Origin: Eledone cirrhosa
Lineage: Eukaryota
Assembly: GCA_964016885.1 (NCBI GenBank)
Contig: OZ024759.1
Coordinates: 1,488,001 to 1,552,000, forward strand
Direction of reading: 5' to 3'
Length of the DNA stretch: 64,000 nucleotides
The translations under genes and the position numbers were made by a program. The notes beneath the pieces were generated by a model. That model worked only from the letters and a program-made list of their open reading frames with translations, ran no database searches and was not told the DNA's origin. Positions 60,180 through 64,000 of this stretch are shown here, one piece after another. Numbering within the stretch: position 1 is the first letter of the stretch; each line of letters begins with the position of its first letter.

Positions 60180-63100
60180 ACACAGTTTATATTAGTAACA
60201 TGACATAGTCTATATTAGTAACATGACAAAGTCTATATTAGTAACATGACAGTCTATATTGTAACATGACACAGTCTATATTAGTAACATGACACAGTCT
60301 ATATTAGTAACATGACAGTCTATATTAGTAACATGACAAAGTCTATATTAGTAACATGACAAAGTCTATATTAGTAACATGACAAAGTCTATATTAGTAA
60401 CATGACAAAGTCTATATTAGTAGCATTACACAGTCTATATTAGTAACATGACAAAGTCTATATTAGTAACATGACACAGTCTATATTAGTAACATGACAA
60501 AGTCTATATTAGTAACATGACAAAGTCTATATTAGTAACATGACACAGTCTATATTAGTAACATGACAAAGTCTATATTAGTAACATGACACTGTCTATA
60601 TTAGTAACTTGACAAAGTCTATATTAGTAACATGACACAGTCTATATTAGTAACATGACACAGTCTATATTAGTAACATGACAAAGTCTATATTAGTAAC
60701 ATGACAAAGTCTATATTAATAACATGACAAAGTCTATATTAGTAACATGACACAGTCTATATTAGTAACATGACAAAGTCTATATTAGTAGCATGACAAA
60801 ATCTATATTAGTAACATGACAGTCTATATTAGTAACATGACAAAGTCTATATTAGTAACATGACAGTCTATATTGTACCATGACACAGTCTATATTAGTA
60901 ACATGACATAGTCTATATTAGTAACATGACAAAGTCTATATTAGTAACATGACAGTCTATATTGTAACATGACACAGTCTATATTGGTAACATGACACAG
61001 TCTATATTAGTAACATGACAGTCTATATTAGTAACATGACAAAGTCTATATTAGTAACATGACAAAGTCTATATTAGTAACATGACAAAGTCTATATTAG
61101 TAACATGACAAAGTCTATATTAGTAGTATGACAAAGTCTATATTAGTAACATGACAGTCTATATTAGTAACATGATAAATCTATATTAGTAGCATGACAA
61201 AGTCTATATTAGTAGCATGACACAGTCTATATTAGTAACTTGACACAGTCTATATTAGTAAAATGACACAGTCTATATTAGTAACATGACAAAGTCTATA
61301 TTAGTAGCATGACAAAGTCTATATTAGTAACATGACAAAGTCTATATTAGTAACATGACACAGTCTATATTAGTAACATGACAAAGTCTATATTAGTAAC
61401 ATGACAAAGTCTATATTAGTAACATGACAGTCTATATTAGTAACATGACAAAGTCTATATTAGTAACATGACAAAGTCTCTATTAGTAACATGACAAAGT
61501 CTATATTAGTAACATGACAGTCTATATTAGTAACATGACAAAGTCTCTATTAGTAACATGACAAAGTCTATATTAGTAACATGACAGTCTATATTAGTAA
61601 CATGACAAAGTCTATATTAGTAACATGACAGTCTATATTGTAACATGACACAGTCTATATTAGTAACATGACACAGTTTATATTAGTAACATGACAAAGT
61701 CTATATTAGTAACATGACAAAGTCTATATTAGTAACATGACAGTCTATATTGTAACACGACACAGTCTATATTAGTAACATGACACAGTCTATATTAGTA
61801 ACATGACAGTCTATATTAGTAACATGACAAAGTCTATATTAGTAACATGACAAAGTCTATATTAGTAACATGACAAAGTCTATATTAGTAACATGACACT
61901 GTCTATATTAGTAACTTGACAAAGTCTATATTAGTAACATGACACAGTCTATATTAGTAACATGACACAGTCTATATTAGTAACATGACAGTCTATATTA
62001 GTAACATGACAAAGTCTATATTAGTAACATGACAAAGTCTATATTAGTAACATGACAAAGTCTATATTAGTAACATGACAAAGTCTATATTAGTAGTATG
62101 ACAAAGTCTATATTAGTAACATGACAGTCTATATTAGTAACATGATAAATCTATATTAGTAGCATGACAAAGTCTATATTAGTAGCATGACACAGTCTAT
62201 ATTAGTAACATGACACAGTCTATATTAGTAAAATGACACAGTCTATATTAGTAACATGACAAAGTCTATATTAGTAGCATGACAAAGTCTATATTAGTAA
62301 CATGACAAAGTCTATATTAGTAACATGACACAGTCTATATTAGTAACATGACAAAGTCTATATTAGTAACATGACAAAGTCTATATTAGTAACATGACAG
62401 TCTATATTAGTAACATGACAAAGTCTATATTAGTAACATGACAAAGTCTCTATTAGTAACATGACAAAGTCTATATTAGTAACATGACAGTCTATATTAG
62501 TAACATGACAAAGTCTCTATTAGTAACATGACAAAGTCTATATTAGTAACATGACAGTCTATATTAGTAACATGACAAAGTCTATATTAGTAACATGACA
62601 GTCTATATTGTAACATGACACAGTCTATATTAGTAACATGACACAGTTTATATTAGTAACATGACAAAGTCTATATTAGTAACATGACAAAGTCTATATT
62701 AGTAACATGACAGTCTATATTGTAACACGACACAGTCTATATTAGTAACATGACACAGTCTATATTAGTAACATGACAGTCTATATTAGTAACATGACAA
62801 AGTCTATATTAGTAACATGACAAAGTCTATATTAGTAACATGACAAAGTCTATATTAGTAACATGACAAAGTCTATATTAGTAGCATGACAAAGTCTATA
62901 TTAGTAACATGACACAGTCTATATTAGTAACATGACAAAGTCTATATTAGTAACATGACACAGTCTATATTAGTAACATGACAAAGTCTATATTAGTAAC
63001 ATGACACTGTCTATATTAGTAACTTGACCAAGTCTATATTAGTAACATGACACAGTCTATATTAGTAACATGACACAGTCTATATTAGTAACATGACAAA

Positions 63101-64000
63101 GTCTATATTAGTAGCATGACAAAGTCTATATTAGTAACATGACAAAGTCTATATTAGTAACATGACACAGTCTATGTTAGTAACATGACAAAGTCTATAT
63201 TAGTAACATGACAAAGTCTATATTAGTAACATGACACAGTCTATATTAGTAACATGACAAAGTCTATATTAGTAGCATGACAAAGTCTATATTAGTAACA
63301 TGACACAGTTTATATTAGTAACATGACATAGTCTATATTAGTAACATGACAAAGTCTATATTAGTAACATGACAGTCTATATTGTAACATGACACAGTCT
63401 ATATTAGTAACATGACACAGTCTATATTAGTAACATGACAGTCTATATTAGTAACATGACAAAGTCTATATTAGTAACATGACAAAGTCTATATTAGTAA
63501 CATGACAAAGTCTATATTAGTAACATGACAAAGTCTATATTAGTAGCATTACACAGTCTATATTAGTAACATGACAAAGTCTATATTAGTAACATGACAC
63601 AGTCTATATTAGTAACATGACAAAGTCTATATTAGTAACATGACAAAGTCTATATTAGTAACATGACACAGTCTATATTAGTAACATGACAAAGTCTATA
63701 TTAGTAACATGACACTGTCTATATTAGTAACTTGACAAAGTCTATATTAGTAACATGACACAGTCTATATTAGTAACATGACACAGTCTATATTAGTAAC
63801 ATGACAAAGTCTATATTAGTAACATGACAAAGTCTATATTAATAACATGACAAAGTCTATATTAGTAACATGACACAGTCTATATTAGTAACATGACAAA
63901 GTCTATATTAGTAGCATGACAAAATCTATATTAGTAACATGACAGTCTATATTAGTAACATGACAAAGTCTATATTAGTAACATGACAGTCTATATTGTA
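60180..64000. repeat. Terminal higher-order duplications: offset 3123 bp (truncated by window end) enclosing a 970-bp duplication
   Basis: GCATTAC 60427/63550, ATTAATAAC 60719/63842 and TTGTA 60875/63998 (3123). GATAAATC 61176/62146 and AACACGAC 61758/62728 (970). Confidence 0.87.

Larger units (their letters stand above)
1..64000. repeat. Tandem satellite/minisatellite array, 23-bp monomer TAGTAACATGACAAAGTCTATAT (major variants: ...GACACAGTC..., 21-bp ...GACAGTC..., ...TAGTAGCATG...), about 2,800 copies, single orientation, open at both ends
   Basis: Directly visible: positions 1-23 recur at 24-46 and continuously to 64000. Consensus composition is A10 T7 G3 C3. No non-repeat sequence was seen. 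Copy number is estimated from length divided by a mean unit of about 22.6 bp. Confidence 0.99.

Noticed and set aside
1-64000. CRISPR array (short, partly palindromic repeat with a variable part)
   Set aside because: The variable part is only 1-3 nt with few states. There are no unique 25-45 bp spacers, no leader and no cas genes.
1-64000. Long protein-coding repeat ORF on either strand
   Set aside because: The + strand has TAG, TAA and TGA in each unit, and the - strand (ATATAGACTTTGTCATGTTACTA) has TAG plus TAA at the junction. A 23-bp period rotates the frame, so all six frames close within a few units, and runs of 21-bp units are only about 1-3 long.
1-64000. Telomerase-made telomeric repeat (Candida albicans has a 23-bp unit) or rolling-circle reverse-transcriptase concatemer
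   Set aside because: There is no G-rich strand (G equals C in consensus) and no resemblance to telomere units I know. Rare variants are inherited in multi-kb blocks, which indicates DNA-level duplication rather than repeated copying of one short template.
1-64000. Pure sequencing or amplification artefact (polymerase slippage, random error)
   Set aside because: Multi-base rare variants recur at consistent kilobase offsets and in nested sets, which random error would not produce. Exact copy numbers of blocks could still be misassembled.
1-64000. Plasmid iterons or a replication origin
   Set aside because: Iteron clusters have a handful of copies next to a rep gene. Here there are thousands of copies and no gene.
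1-64000. Information-bearing code in the order of AAA/ACA/A centre variants
   Set aside because: The order is adequately explained by nested duplications, and nothing in the window suggests a reader or writer mechanism.

Overview
The whole 64 kb window is one uninterrupted head-to-tail tandem array (satellite/minisatellite DNA). Its AT-rich 23-bp monomer has consensus TAGTAACATGAC(A[A/C]A)GTCTATAT (about 26% GC), roughly 2,800 copies, with frequent 21-bp and occasional 20/22-bp deletion variants. The array runs off both window ends. I found no unique sequence, inversion, gene, RNA gene, transposon or CRISPR spacer. Three things stand out beyond simple repetition. (1) The monomer is an imperfect double dyad, and most of its variation falls in the 3-nt centre of GAC-NNN-GTC. 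(2) Rare variants reveal irregular, nested kilobase-scale duplications (offsets such as 970, 1080, 2618, 3123, 3257, 3684/3685, 7529, 7875, 8066, 8625 and 9773 bp). (3) The set of variants turns over along the array, giving a left domain, a 29.4-34 kb transition zone and a right domain. The organism and function cannot be determined from the sequence, and I do not recognise the monomer as a named family. I found no evidence for a novel gene-based system. All offsets were obtained by hand from marker variants, and block boundaries are approximate.
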